From Synechococcus sp. (lineage in GTDB: Bacteria; Cyanobacteriota; Cyanobacteriia; PCC-6307; Cyanobiaceae): a stretch of DNA of 64,000 bases. The notes beneath the pieces are model-generated. The model made no database searches and had not been told where the DNA came from. It was given only the letters and a program-made list of their open reading frames with translations. Made by a program: the position numbers and the translations under genes. The stretch covers positions 704,001 to 768,000 of the forward strand of contig JBJBEO010000001.1 of the NCBI GenBank assembly GCA_047284725.1. Reading direction: 5' to 3'. Shown here one piece after another: positions 49,855 to 60,218 of this stretch (its first letter is position 1; each line of letters opens with the position of its first letter).

Positions 49855-52353
49855 ATGGCTCCGCTCGGTCTTTCGCGTTTGAAATCCCTGCTGGGCCGCA
49901 GCAACAGTGCCAAGCGTTGGCGACTGCCGGAGGCGTGCTGGAGCCGGCCTTTCGGCCTGGGCTGGGACAAGCCCTACACGGTGCGCTACGCCAGCAACCT
50001 TGATGATGGCCCCAACCACGGCATGCCCCTGGGGGGCTTTGGGGCCGGATGCATCGGCCGGGCGCCCGACGGCAACATCAACCTCTGGCACCTCGATGGT
50101 GGGGAGCACTGGTTTGGCGTGCTGCCCGATTGCCAGTTCGCTTTGTTTGAAAGCAATGGCAGCAGGTCCCGGGCCCATGCCCTGGCGGTGAATCCCGGTG
50201 CCGATGCCTCTCGCCCTGACTCCGGCGAACCGCTCACGGCCTGGGAGTGGTACCCAGCCAGCACTCCCGAGCGCAGCACTGGCACCTATGCCGCCCGCTA
50301 TCCCCTCAGCTGGACGAACTATGAAGGCGTCTATGACTCCGAGGTGCGTTGTGAGGCCTTCAGTCCGATCCTCCCTGGCGATTACCAGCGCACCAGCTAC
50401 CCGGTGGCGGTGTTCGTGTGGACTCTGCGCAATCCCACCAACCAGCCCCTGGATCTGTCGCTGCTGCTCAGCTGGCGCAACACCATCGGCTGGTTCACCA
50501 ACACCGACGCATCAGCTGAGGTGCATTTCCGTGACGACGGCAGCCCGGAGCACAACTACGCCCCGGCGATCGGCCAAACCACTGGCCAATGGAACCGCTG
50601 GATCGATGACGGCGACCTCAAAGGTGTGGTGCTCGCAGGCAACGTCTCCAACCCCGTTGCCGAAGGCGAGGGCCAGTGGTGCATCGCCACCACCGAGCAG
50701 CCGGGGGTGAAAATCCAGCGCTGCAGCCGCTGGAATCCCAGTGGCGATGGCAGTGAGTTGTGGAACAGCTTCAGCGCCGATGGCTCCATCCCCGAGAGCA
50801 ACAACGACCGCAAGAGCGGAGCCAATGATCCGCTCAGTGCTGCTCTGGCGGTGCAATGTCAGTTGGCGCCGGGCCAGAGCGTGGAGATTCCCGTGGTGAT
50901 CAGCTGGGATCTTCCGGTGACGGCGTTTGCCACCGGTAGTCAGGCCCTGCGCCGCTATACGGATTTCTTTGGCACAGGAGGGGATCAGGCCGTGGCGATT
51001 GCTGCGGAAGCCCTGCGTGATTGGACGAGCTGGAAGGAGCAGATCGAGGCCTGGCAGCAGCCCGTGCTGGCGCGCACCGAGTGGCCCGAGTCGCTGCGCA
51101 TGGCGCTGTTCAACGAGCTCTACGACCTCTGCAGTGGTGGCAGCCTCTGGAGTGCGGCAACACCGGAGGATCCCCACGGTCGCTTCGGGGTGTTGGAGTG
51201 CCTCGACTACGCCTGGTATGAAAGCCTCGATGTGCGCCTCTATGGCTCCTTTGCCCTGCTGCAGTTGTGGCCGGAGCTCGACAAGGCCGTGCTGCGCAGC
51301 TTTGCCCGGGCGATTCCGGCAGCTGATTCCACCCAGCGGCCGATCGGTTGGTATTTCACCCAGGGGAAGGGCCGTGTTGAAGCTGACCGCAAGGTGAAAG
51401 GGGCCACTCCTCATGATCTGGGGGCCCCTAACGAAATCCCCTGGGATGCCACCAATTACACGGCCTATCAGGATTGCAACCTCTGGAAAGACCTGGGCAG
51501 CGATTACGTGTTGCAGGTCTGGCGCACCTTCAAGCTGGCGCCCAGTGGGGAAGACGTGCGTTTTCTGGCCGATTGCTGGCCATCAGCAGTGGAAGCGCTC
51601 CGCTATCTGAAGACGTTTGATGTGAACGACGACGGCCTGCCGGACAACGGCGGTGCTCCAGATCAAACCTTTGATGACTGGCCGCTGAAAGGGGTGAGTG
51701 CCTACTGCGGTGCGCTTTGGATTGCCGCATTGGAGGCGGCTTTGGCGATCGGACAGACCCTCCAGTTGAAAACCGGCCTGGATACGTCGACGGAGCAGCG
51801 CGAGTTCAGCGGTTGGCTCGAGCAGTCGCGTCGCCATTTCGATCGGTTGCTCTGGAACGGCGAGTACTACGACATCGATGCAGAGAGCGGCACACCGGTG
51901 GTGATGGCTGACCAACTTTGTGGCGATTTCTATGCCCGCTTGCTGGGGCTGGAGCCGGTGGTGAGTGAGGCCAACAGTCGCAGCACCCTGAAGGCTGTGA
52001 AGGAAGCCTGCTTTGAGCGGTTTGAAGGCGGCAGGCTGGGTGTCGCCAATGGTCTACGACGCGACGGCACGCCACTGGATCCCAAGGGCACCCATCCTCT
52101 CGAAGTGTGGACGGGGATCAACTTCGGCATCGCCAGCTATTACCGCCTCATGGGTGAGGACCAAACAGCCGAGGCCATCTGTTCTGCTGTGGTGAATCAG
52201 GTGTACGACGGTGGTTTGCAGTTCCGCACGCCGGAGGCGATCACGGCGGTGACGACCTTCAGGGCCTGCCATTACCTGAGGGCGATGGCGATCTGGGGGT
52301 TGTGGGCGACCCATACCGATTGGCAGAGGATCCCGGGGGCCGAGCGGGCCTGA
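49855..52353 (+). CDS. GH116 glycoside hydrolase (GBA2-like)
   Basis: GMPLGGFGAG, LECLDY..YESLDV, HDLG, DQTFDDW, ADQL.G, EVWTGINF, HYLR.MAIW. Confidence 0.9.
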   Translation: MAPLGLSRLKSLLGRSNSAKRWRLPEACWSRPFGLGWDKPYTVRYASNLDDGPNHGMPLGGFGAGCIGRAPDGNINLWHLDGGEHWFGVLPDCQFALFESNGSRSRAHALAVNPGADASRPDSGEPLTAWEWYPASTPERSTGTYAARYPLSWTNYEGVYDSEVRCEAFSPILPGDYQRTSYPVAVFVWTLRNPTNQPLDLSLLLSWRNTIGWFTNTDASAEVHFRDDGSPEHNYAPAIGQTTGQWNRWIDDGDLKGVVLAGNVSNPVAEGEGQWCIATTEQPGVKIQRCSRWNPSGDGSELWNSFSADGSIPESNNDRKSGANDPLSAALAVQCQLAPGQSVEIPVVISWDLPVTAFATGSQALRRYTDFFGTGGDQAVAIAAEALRDWTSWKEQIEAWQQPVLARTEWPESLRMALFNELYDLCSGGSLWSAATPEDPHGRFGVLECLDYAWYESLDVRLYGSFALLQLWPELDKAVLRSFARAIPAADSTQRPIGWYFTQGKGRVEADRKVKGATPHDLGAPNEIPWDATNYTAYQDCNLWKDLGSDYVLQVWRTFKLAPSGEDVRFLADCWPSAVEALRYLKTFDVNDDGLPDNGGAPDQTFDDWPLKGVSAYCGALWIAALEAALAIGQTLQLKTGLDTSTEQREFSGWLEQSRRHFDRLLWNGEYYDIDAESGTPVVMADQLCGDFYARLLGLEPVVSEANSRSTLKAVKEACFERFEGGRLGVANGLRRDGTPLDPKGTHPLEVWTGINFGIASYYRLMGEDQTAEAICSAVVNQVYDGGLQFRTPEAITAVTTFRACHYLRAMAIWGLWATHTDWQRIPGAERA

Positions 52354-52432
52354 CCGTCCAGGCCTGATTCACGGAGCTCTCGCTTCAGGGAGCCGCAGCA
52401 CCGATGATGGGAGCACTTCTTGGTTGTGCTGG

Positions 52433-52930
52433 ATGGGTCTTCTGCCTCGCCTGCTGTTGTCTGCTCTGGCGGCCGTGTTGCTGCTGCTGGTGACCCCCGG
52501 CGTTGCCGTCGCCCAGTTGCACGAGCATCAAGATGACACTGGTGCGCCGATGGTGCGCAGCCTTGAGAGCCTGCGTGACCTCGACTACCAGAGTTGGCAG
52601 GCGGTGGCCTATCGAACCGGGGAACCTGGTAATCCTGTGGTGCTGCGCATTGTTGGCTATCCAGGCAAGGTGCGCCTCGATCACCCCACGGATTTGGTGG
52701 TGCAAGCCGGTGTGAAGGAATGGATCCTGCCGGACATCACACTGGAGAACAAGGCTCTGGCCCGCGACAGTCGCGATGCGGCGGCTGAATTCTCCCTGGA
52801 TCCGCTGCTCAACGACCTTCACAACAAGCGCCCCCTGCGCCTGTTCCTCCCAGGGGTGCTGAATGAGTTGCCTGTGCCCCCGTTTGTGGTGGGTGAATGG
52901 CGGCAGGTGCAGACGGAGCCCCTGGGGTGA
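52433..52930 (+). CDS. DUF3122 family protein
   Basis: Signal peptide; RSLESLRD...WQAVAY, LRIVGYPG, VP.FVVGEW. Confidence 0.8.
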   Translation: MGLLPRLLLSALAAVLLLLVTPGVAVAQLHEHQDDTGAPMVRSLESLRDLDYQSWQAVAYRTGEPGNPVVLRIVGYPGKVRLDHPTDLVVQAGVKEWILPDITLENKALARDSRDAAAEFSLDPLLNDLHNKRPLRLFLPGVLNELPVPPFVVGEWRQVQTEPLG

Positions 52931-54066
52931 TGGCCGCTGCCGCTGAACAGCGCTGGATTCCATGGATGCGCCGGGCCCTTCAACTGGCGGCCCTGGCTGA
53001 AGGCCGCACCAGCCCCAACCCCCTGGTGGGTGCTGTGGTTGTCGATGCCTCTGGACGTCTCGTTGGCGAGGGGTTCCATGCCCGCGCCGGTCAGCCCCAT
53101 GCCGAGGTGGGGGCTCTGGCACAGGCCGGCGAAGCCGCCCGCGGCGGCACGATCGTGGTCACCCTGGAGCCCTGTTGCCACCACGGCCGCACCCCCCCTT
53201 GCACCGAGGCGGTGATCAACGCAGGCATCCGGAGGGTCGTGGTGGCGCTCACGGATCCCGATCCCCGGGTGGCTGGCGGGGGGATGCAACGTCTCCGCGA
53301 CGCCGGCCTTGAGGTGATCACCGGTGTGCTCGAAGCGGAAGCTGGCCATCAGAACCGCGCCTTTGTGCATCGGGTGCAGACCGGTCGGCCCTGGGGCGTG
53401 CTCAAGTGGGCGATGAGTCTGGATGGCCGCACAGCGTTGGCCAATGGGGCCAGCCAATGGATCAGTGGTCCGCTGGCACGGAGTTGGGTGCACGCGCTTC
53501 GAGCCGGATGTGACGCGGTGATCGTGGGGGGAGGCACCGTGCGTGCCGATAACCCTTTGCTCACCAGTCGCGGGCAGCGGGATCCGGAGCCGCTGCGGGT
53601 GGTGCTCAGCCGCAGCCTCGTTCTGCCTGAGCTGGCCCAGCTCTGGGACCAAACGCTCGCCCCCACCCTGGTGGCCCATGGTCCGGTCGTGGAGAGTCCA
53701 GCAGTGGATGCTTCAGCGGCGTCTGCTCGGCTGACGGCGTTGCAGCAACGCGGTGTCGGTGTGCAGCAGCTCGCGCGCAGTGAGCCAGATGCCCTGCTCA
53801 TGGATCTGGCCGGCCGTGGTTGCAATCGGGTGCTGTGGGAGTGTGGGCCGTCGCTGGCGGCCGCGGCGCTGCAGCAGGGCTGCGTGCAGGAGCTGGCGGT
53901 GGTGATCGCCCCCAAATTGATGGGCGGCACCCTGGCCCGTACACCCCTTGGCGATCTGGGTCTGACCGCGATGGATCAGCTGACGACGCTGTCTTTTGCT
54001 GCGGCGCAGCAGTTGGGGGATGACCTGTTGCTGCGGACCCTGCTCGGGTCCGAACGCATCGGTTGA
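52930..54066 (+). CDS. ribD: Bifunctional riboflavin deaminase/reductase
   Basis: TSPNPLVG, HAE, TLEPCCHHGRTPPC, KWAMSLDG, TVRADNP, WECG. Confidence 0.96.
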   Translation: MAAAAEQRWIPWMRRALQLAALAEGRTSPNPLVGAVVVDASGRLVGEGFHARAGQPHAEVGALAQAGEAARGGTIVVTLEPCCHHGRTPPCTEAVINAGIRRVVVALTDPDPRVAGGGMQRLRDAGLEVITGVLEAEAGHQNRAFVHRVQTGRPWGVLKWAMSLDGRTALANGASQWISGPLARSWVHALRAGCDAVIVGGGTVRADNPLLTSRGQRDPEPLRVVLSRSLVLPELAQLWDQTLAPTLVAHGPVVESPAVDASAASARLTALQQRGVGVQQLARSEPDALLMDLAGRGCNRVLWECGPSLAAAALQQGCVQELAVVIAPKLMGGTLARTPLGDLGLTAMDQLTTLSFAAAQQLGDDLLLRTLLGSERIG

Positions 54067-54129
54067 GGGTCTGACCGCTGGCCGGTCTGAGCCGTGGCGC
54101 TGATGATGAGGTTCAGCAGCATGACGGCG

Positions 54130-54657
54130 ATGACGTGGACCTATCTCTTCTGCCTGATCGCCGGTGGCGTGTTGATCACCCTCTCGATCGCCGGGGAAGT
54201 CGATGGCGATCTGGATGCGGCTGCCGGCATCGCTGAAGGGGGCCATGCCGCGGTGTTGTTCAGCACCTCGTTCTGGTCGTTCGGCCTTGCTGGTTTCGGC
54301 TTGTGTGGTTTGTTGCTGCAGTTGTTCCAGGGTTCGACTTCATCCCTCTTCACCTTGCCGTTGGCTCTGTTGCTGGGGGTTGGTCTGGGCTGGGCCGCCG
54401 CCGCCACGTTGCGTGTTCTCGCTCGGCGTGATGCCAATACGGTGGTGCAGGCCAACGATGTCATTGGATTGGAAGCGGCGGTGACGCTGCCGCTTACCGC
54501 AACACAGCGCGGCTTCGTCGAATTCTCCGTGCGCGGCAGCCTGCTGCGCCGCGCGGCCCGCAGTGCATCACGGCCTTTGGCCCGCGGCGAACGGGTGGTG
54601 ATCCTCCGCCTTGAGGGCAACACCTTGATCGTGGATCCCCTCGAGATGGCCGACTGA
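54130..54657 (+). CDS. NfeD-family (short) membrane protein
   Basis: 3 TM plus a C-terminal OB-like segment (GERVVI....NTLIV); upstream of the SPFH genes. Confidence 0.75.
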   Translation: MTWTYLFCLIAGGVLITLSIAGEVDGDLDAAAGIAEGGHAAVLFSTSFWSFGLAGFGLCGLLLQLFQGSTSSLFTLPLALLLGVGLGWAAAATLRVLARRDANTVVQANDVIGLEAAVTLPLTATQRGFVEFSVRGSLLRRAARSASRPLARGERVVILRLEGNTLIVDPLEMAD

Positions 54658-54697
54658 CTGCAGCCTTGCTAGGGGAAGACAAGTCGCAGCGATACGC

Positions 54698-56020
54698 ATG
54701 CAGCGCAGCTTGGCAACGGAGCCGACGCCGCTCCTGGCCCAGCGAACTTCCAACAATGACGCCGCTGGTGTGGTGGTGTCGATCGGCGCCACCGTGTTTG
54801 TGGTGATCGTGGCGCTCACCCTGATCAGCCGTTGGATGATTCGCATCTGCCGGCCCAATGAAATGTTGGTGGTGACCGGGTCCAAATCCAATCAAGGCGG
54901 CCAGGGTGTGAAGGGCTACCGGGTTGTTGCGAATGGCGGCTGCACCTTCGTGAAGCCGATTCTGGAAACAGCACGGCGCATGGATGTGACCTTGCTGCCG
55001 GTGTTGGTGGAGGTGACGAATGCCTATTCCAAAGGCGGAACGCCACTCAATATCCAGGCGATCGCCAATGTGAAGGTCAGTACGGATCCATCGGTGCGCA
55101 ACAACGCCATTGAACGCTTCCTCGGGCGCGACACCAAGGAAATCGTGCAGGTCGCCAAGGAAAACCTTGAGGGCAACCTGCGCAGCGTGCTCGCTCAGCT
55201 CACCCCCGAGCAGGTGAATGAAGACCGCCTGCGTTTCGCGGAACAGATCGCCGATGAAGTGGGGGAAGATCTGCGACGCCTTGGCTTGCAGCTCGACACC
55301 CTCAAAATCCAGAGCGTCTTCGACGACGTTGACTATCTCAATTCGATCAGTCGCCGGCGCGTCGCCCAGATCGTTCGCGATGCGGAGATCGCTGAGGCTG
55401 AGGCGATCGGCCAGGCCGAACGGATTGAGGCGGAAATGGAAGAGGTGGCTGAGGTGGTGCGCACGGAAGCCGAAACCGTGGTGCTGGAGAAAGACAACGA
55501 CGTGCGCACCAAGGTGGCGCAAATGGAGAAGGAGGCCCGATCAGAGGAGGAACGCACCGAAGCGGCCGAACTGGAGGCCCGTGCCAAGGCTGAACAGCAA
55601 TTGCAGAAGGTTCGGGCTGAGCTCGAACGCCTCCGCCTCAAAGCAGAAGCCGTGCTGCCCTCCCAGGCGCAGCAGAAAGCACAGGAGTTGCGGGCCCGTG
55701 GCCGTGCGGCAGCCACCGCCGAAGACGTGAAGGCCAGCGCTCTGGTGAATGATCTGCTCACCCAGGTGTGGGAAGACGCCGGCAGCACAGCTGAGCTGGT
55801 GTTTCTGCTGCAGCAGATCGAAATGGTGTTGCAGCAGGCCACGCGTTTGCCAGGTCAGCTGCAGCTCAAGCGCATCACGGCTCTGGATGGGAACGATGCG
55901 TCCAGCCTGGCCAGCCTCGTGGCCGTGAACCACAAGGTGGTGCGCCAGTTCTTTGAGCAGGTCAAGGAGATCCTTGGCGTCGATCTGCTCGGCACCTTGT
56001 CGTCTACCGGAGTGAACTGA
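54698..56020 (+). CDS. Flotillin/SPFH domain protein
   Basis: AYSKGGTPL, ANVK, LEGNLR, LDTLKIQ, AEA-rich coiled coil. Confidence 0.88.
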   Translation: MQRSLATEPTPLLAQRTSNNDAAGVVVSIGATVFVVIVALTLISRWMIRICRPNEMLVVTGSKSNQGGQGVKGYRVVANGGCTFVKPILETARRMDVTLLPVLVEVTNAYSKGGTPLNIQAIANVKVSTDPSVRNNAIERFLGRDTKEIVQVAKENLEGNLRSVLAQLTPEQVNEDRLRFAEQIADEVGEDLRRLGLQLDTLKIQSVFDDVDYLNSISRRRVAQIVRDAEIAEAEAIGQAERIEAEMEEVAEVVRTEAETVVLEKDNDVRTKVAQMEKEARSEEERTEAAELEARAKAEQQLQKVRAELERLRLKAEAVLPSQAQQKAQELRARGRAAATAEDVKASALVNDLLTQVWEDAGSTAELVFLLQQIEMVLQQATRLPGQLQLKRITALDGNDASSLASLVAVNHKVVRQFFEQVKEILGVDLLGTLSSTGVN

Positions 56021-57303
56021 TGTTTTTTGCGGTTGGAATCACCGGCGCTGCCGGTCTCTGGGCCTTTGTGGTGCTGCTCAGGCAGCTGTACTTCATCTGC
56101 CAGCCCAGTGAAGTGCTGATCTTTGCGGGCCTCAGCCGCACCACCGGCGATGGTCGCAAGGTGGGCTACCGGACCGTGCGCGGTGGCAGCGCCCTGCGCA
56201 TTCCTGTGCTGGAGGACGTGATGCGTCTCGATCTCAGCAACATGATCATCGAGCTCCGGGTGGAGAACGCCTACTCCAAGGGAGGCATCCCGCTCAATGT
56301 GGCCGGGGTGGCCAACATCAAGATTTCCGGCGATGAGCCCGGGATCCACAACGCGATCGAACGGCTGATCGGCAAGACCCAGGACGAGATCCGTCACATC
56401 GCCAAGGAAACGCTTGAGGGCAACCTGCGCGGCGTGATGGCCAGCCTCACCCCTGAGCAGCTCAATGAAGACAAGGTCACCTTTGCTCGCACCCTGCTGG
56501 AGGAGGCGGAAGACGATCTGCAGAAGCTTGGGCTGGTGCTCGACACCCTGCAGATTCAGAACATCTCCGATGACGTGCGCTATCTGGACTCGATCGGACG
56601 CAAGCAGCTGGTGGAACTGAAGCGCGATTCACGCATCGCCGAAGCGGAGGCCACGTCCCAGTCGGCGGTGAAACAGGCTGAAAACGCGAGGATCACCAGC
56701 CTGCGGCGGCTCGACAAGGAGCTGGCGGTGGCCACGGCGAATGCCCAGAAACGGATCAAGGATGCCCTCACACGCCGCGATGCCCTCGTGGCCGAGGTGG
56801 AGGCGAAAGTGGGCGCCGAACTGGCCCGGGCGGAAGCCGAACTGCCGGTGCAGCAGGAACGGATCAAACAGGTGACTCAACAACTCGAGGCCGATGTGAT
56901 CGCTCCGGCGGAATCGGAATGCCAGACGATGATGGCGGAGGCCAAAGGTGCGGCCGCCTCGATCGTGGAACAGGGTCGTTCCCAGGCCGAAGGCCTTCAG
57001 GATCTGGTGACCTCGCTCAAACGCAGCGGCTCCGATGCCAAGCGGCTCTTCCTGCTCCAGAAACTGGAGCCTCTGCTCACGATGCTCAGCGACACCGTGC
57101 AGCCGATTGAAGTGGAAGAGGTGGCGCTGATCGGTGAGCGGGACGGGCAGATGAACCTGTCCATTGCCACCTTGCTGCGTCAGCTGCAGGACAGCACCGG
57201 GTTGCGTTTCAACGGTGCCTCAGGAGCATCGGCGCAGGGGCGATCAGCCGCGTCCTCTGAGGTGATCCCCATGGATCCCGGCACCGACATCGATCCCGGT
57301 TGA
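56020..57303 (+). CDS. Flotillin/SPFH domain protein (paralogue)
   Basis: AYSKGGIPL, ANIK, LEGNLR, LDTLQIQ; coupled TGA/ATG overlap at 56020. Confidence 0.88.
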   Translation: MFFAVGITGAAGLWAFVVLLRQLYFICQPSEVLIFAGLSRTTGDGRKVGYRTVRGGSALRIPVLEDVMRLDLSNMIIELRVENAYSKGGIPLNVAGVANIKISGDEPGIHNAIERLIGKTQDEIRHIAKETLEGNLRGVMASLTPEQLNEDKVTFARTLLEEAEDDLQKLGLVLDTLQIQNISDDVRYLDSIGRKQLVELKRDSRIAEAEATSQSAVKQAENARITSLRRLDKELAVATANAQKRIKDALTRRDALVAEVEAKVGAELARAEAELPVQQERIKQVTQQLEADVIAPAESECQTMMAEAKGAAASIVEQGRSQAEGLQDLVTSLKRSGSDAKRLFLLQKLEPLLTMLSDTVQPIEVEEVALIGERDGQMNLSIATLLRQLQDSTGLRFNGASGASAQGRSAASSEVIPMDPGTDIDPG

Positions 57304-57324
57304 GCTGTCGGGGAGGGAGATGTC

Positions 57325-58086
57325 TCACCAGTCGTGGCTGCCGTCGTCGACGCGTTCTTCCTGGTGCTGCTTTTCCTCCACATCGCCGGTGTAGCGGCTG
57401 ATCAGCACCCCCATCACCACCGCCAGGTACAAAGGGCCAATGATGCTGGTGGTCACGGCCAGCATCCGCGAGAGGGGCAACATCGGGTTGATGTCGCCAA
57501 AGCCGACGGTGGTGAGGCAGACGAAAGCGAAGTAGTTGAGGCGGGCAAACACGGGCGCCGACTCCAGCACGCTGGTGTCGCCGCCCGTGAGGGACTGGAG
57601 AGGGACGTCGAGAGGTTCAAAGCTGTTGGGTTGGATGGTTTCGACGGCACTCATCACCAGGCCAGCCGTGAGCCCCAGCAGCAGATAACCAGCGGCTGCG
57701 CCCATCAGCATCGACCGGCTGACGCGCCGCTCGCTCGCCAGGCTTTCCACCAGGCGCAGCACACTCCAGCCCACCAGCACACTCCAGCTCAGTACCAGTG
57801 GCATGCCGGTGCTGGTCCATTTGACGGGTGTCATCACCCAGATCAACTGGCTGGTCAGGGCGACCACGGCCAGCAACTGGTAAAGCTTGTCGCGCCAGGT
57901 GGGTCGGCCCGTGTGCACGCGCACCAGCTGGGTGAGCACCAGGGCAATCAGGGAATAGCCCAGAGACCCCAGCCACCCCATCGAGGGGAACGCGAAACTC
58001 GTGAGCATCAAAATGCAGAGAGCCAGCAGCAGCTCATACACGCCCTCTCGGGTGGTTGATGCTCTTTGCGGGAACAACCGCCTCAT
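57325..58086 (-). CDS. Potassium channel family protein (Ion_trans_2)
   Basis: Selectivity filter TTVGFGD, several TM; start 58086 or 58119. Confidence 0.85.
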   Translation of the reverse strand: MRRLFPQRASTTREGVYELLLALCILMLTSFAFPSMGWLGSLGYSLIALVLTQLVRVHTGRPTWRDKLYQLLAVVALTSQLIWVMTPVKWTSTGMPLVLSWSVLVGWSVLRLVESLASERRVSRSMLMGAAAGYLLLGLTAGLVMSAVETIQPNSFEPLDVPLQSLTGGDTSVLESAPVFARLNYFAFVCLTTVGFGDINPMLPLSRMLAVTTSIIGPLYLAVVMGVLISRYTGDVEEKQHQEERVDDGSHDW

Positions 58087-58277
58087 CCTTGTTGCCTGCA
58101 GCCACGCTGAGGATGCCAACGATGACCGGCATCAGCGACCCTTCCTCGACCGATTGTCGTTTCCGCGGAGCTCCTTGGCAGTGACTCCCAGCGGCAGGCG
58201 TTCGGTTCTCCCCCCCGCCCCAGCAAACGCCAGCCAGACGCTCGCCTTAGCTTGGTTGTTCAATCGGACCAGCTGCC

Positions 58278-60143
58278 ATGCCGATTCGCGAGGACGACAA
58301 TCAGCCGAACAGGCGGTTCGGAATCATCAACGTGGTGTTGATCGGTTTCGGAGTGTTGCTGCTGCTCAGCAGCTTCCTGCCCAACCAGGGAATGCAGCAG
58401 GTTCCTCGGGTTCCTTATTCCCTGTTCATTGATCAGGTGAACGATGGCGCGGTGAAGCGGGCCTTCATCACGCAGGATCAGATTCGCTACGAGCTCAGCG
58501 CTCCTGAGGAAGGAGCGCCGGCGGTGCTGGCGACAACGCCGATCTTCGATATGGATCTGCCTCAGCGCCTGGAGAACAAGGGCGTTGAGTTCGCTGCTGC
58601 GCCGCCGAAGAAGCCCAATATCTTCACCACCATTCTCAGCTGGGTGGTGCCTCCCCTGATCTTCATCCTGGTCCTCCAGTTCTTTGCTCGTCGCTCCATG
58701 GGTGCTGGTGGTGCTCAGGGTGCGCTCAACTTCACCAAGAGCAAAGCCAAGGTGTATGTGCCCGACGAGCAGTCGCGCATCACCTTTGCGGATGTGGCCG
58801 GTGTGGATGAGGCCAAAGATGAGCTCACCGAAATCGTCGATTTCCTCAAGTCATCGGAGCGTTACACCGAGATCGGTGCTCGCATCCCGAAGGGTGTTCT
58901 GCTTGTTGGACCTCCCGGCACGGGCAAAACCCTGCTGTCCAAGGCTGTGGCAGGTGAAGCAGGCGTTCCCTTCTTCATCATCAGCGGCTCTGAATTCGTG
59001 GAGCTGTTCGTTGGCGCCGGTGCTGCCCGTGTTCGCGATCTGTTCGAGCAGGCCAAGAAAAACGCGCCCTGCATCATTTTCATTGACGAACTCGACGCGA
59101 TCGGCAAGAGCCGTTCGGGGTCGATGGGTGTGGTCGGCGGCAACGACGAACGCGAGCAGACCCTCAATCAGCTGCTCACCGAAATGGACGGCTTCGCCTC
59201 CAAAGACAAACCAGTGATCGTGCTGGCAGCCACCAACCAGCCCGAGGTGCTGGATGCGGCGTTGCTACGTCCTGGCCGCTTCGACCGTCAGGTGCTGGTG
59301 GACCGTCCGGATCTGTCCGGCCGTAAAACCATCCTGGAGATCTACGCCAACAAGGTGAAGCTGGCTGAGGGTGTTGACCTTGATGGCATCGCCCAGGCCA
59401 CCAGTGGCTTTGCTGGTGCTGATCTAGCCAACCTCGTCAATGAAGCAGCCCTGCTTGCCGCCCGTGCCAAGCGCACCAAGGTGGAACAGCAGGACCTCAG
59501 CGAAGCGATCGAGCGTGTGGTCGCTGGTCTTGAGAAGAAGAGTCGCGTGTTGCAAGACGATGAGAAGAAGGTGGTGGCGTATCACGAGGTCGGTCACGCC
59601 ATCGTTGGTCACCTGATGCCCGGCGGCAGCAAGGTGGCGAAGATCTCGATCGTGCCCCGGGGCATGAGTGCCCTTGGCTACACACTGCAGCTGCCGACCG
59701 AAGAGCGCTTCCTCAATTCCCGCGAAGATCTACAAGGTCAGATCGCCACCCTGCTGGGCGGACGCTCCGCTGAGGAAATCGTCTTCGGCAAGATCACAAC
59801 GGGAGCCGCCAATGATCTGCAGCGTGCCACCGACATTGCTGAACAGATGGTGGGTACCTATGGCATGAGTGACACGCTCGGTCCACTTGCTTACGACAAG
59901 CAGGGTGGTGGTCGTTTCCTCGGCGGTGGCAACAACCCTCGCCGCACCGTCAGTGACGCCACGGCTCAGGCGATCGATAAGGAAGTGCGTGGACTGGTGG
60001 ACAGTGCCCACGATCAGGCCCTCAACATCCTTCGCCACAACATGGCTTTGCTGGAAACCATCTCCCAGAAAATCCTTGAGAAGGAGGTGATTGAGGGCGA
60101 CGAGCTCAAGGACATGCTGGCCGCCAGCGTGATGCCCGGCTGA
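58278..60143 (+). CDS. ftsH: ATP-dependent zinc metalloprotease FtsH
   Basis: [32 protein letters not shown]. Confidence 0.97.
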   Translation: MPIREDDNQPNRRFGIINVVLIGFGVLLLLSSFLPNQGMQQVPRVPYSLFIDQVNDGAVKRAFITQDQIRYELSAPEEGAPAVLATTPIFDMDLPQRLENKGVEFAAAPPKKPNIFTTILSWVVPPLIFILVLQFFARRSMGAGGAQGALNFTKSKAKVYVPDEQSRITFADVAGVDEAKDELTEIVDFLKSSERYTEIGARIPKGVLLVGPPGTGKTLLSKAVAGEAGVPFFIISGSEFVELFVGAGAARVRDLFEQAKKNAPCIIFIDELDAIGKSRSGSMGVVGGNDEREQTLNQLLTEMDGFASKDKPVIVLAATNQPEVLDAALLRPGRFDRQVLVDRPDLSGRKTILEIYANKVKLAEGVDLDGIAQATSGFAGADLANLVNEAALLAARAKRTKVEQQDLSEAIERVVAGLEKKSRVLQDDEKKVVAYHEVGHAIVGHLMPGGSKVAKISIVPRGMSALGYTLQLPTEERFLNSREDLQGQIATLLGGRSAEEIVFGKITTGAANDLQRATDIAEQMVGTYGMSDTLGPLAYDKQGGGRFLGGGNNPRRTVSDATAQAIDKEVRGLVDSAHDQALNILRHNMALLETISQKILEKEVIEGDELKDMLAASVMPG

Positions 60144-60218
60144 TTCGTCCCTGATTGACGCAGGCCCCCTTGACGGAATGGGGGCCGATCCTCGATAAAA
60201 CTCCTTTGAAAGCCATTC

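Noticed and set aside
60163..60186. GGCCCCC...GGGGGCC hairpin after ftsH
   Set aside because: No U-tract and a long loop; not called a terminator with confidence
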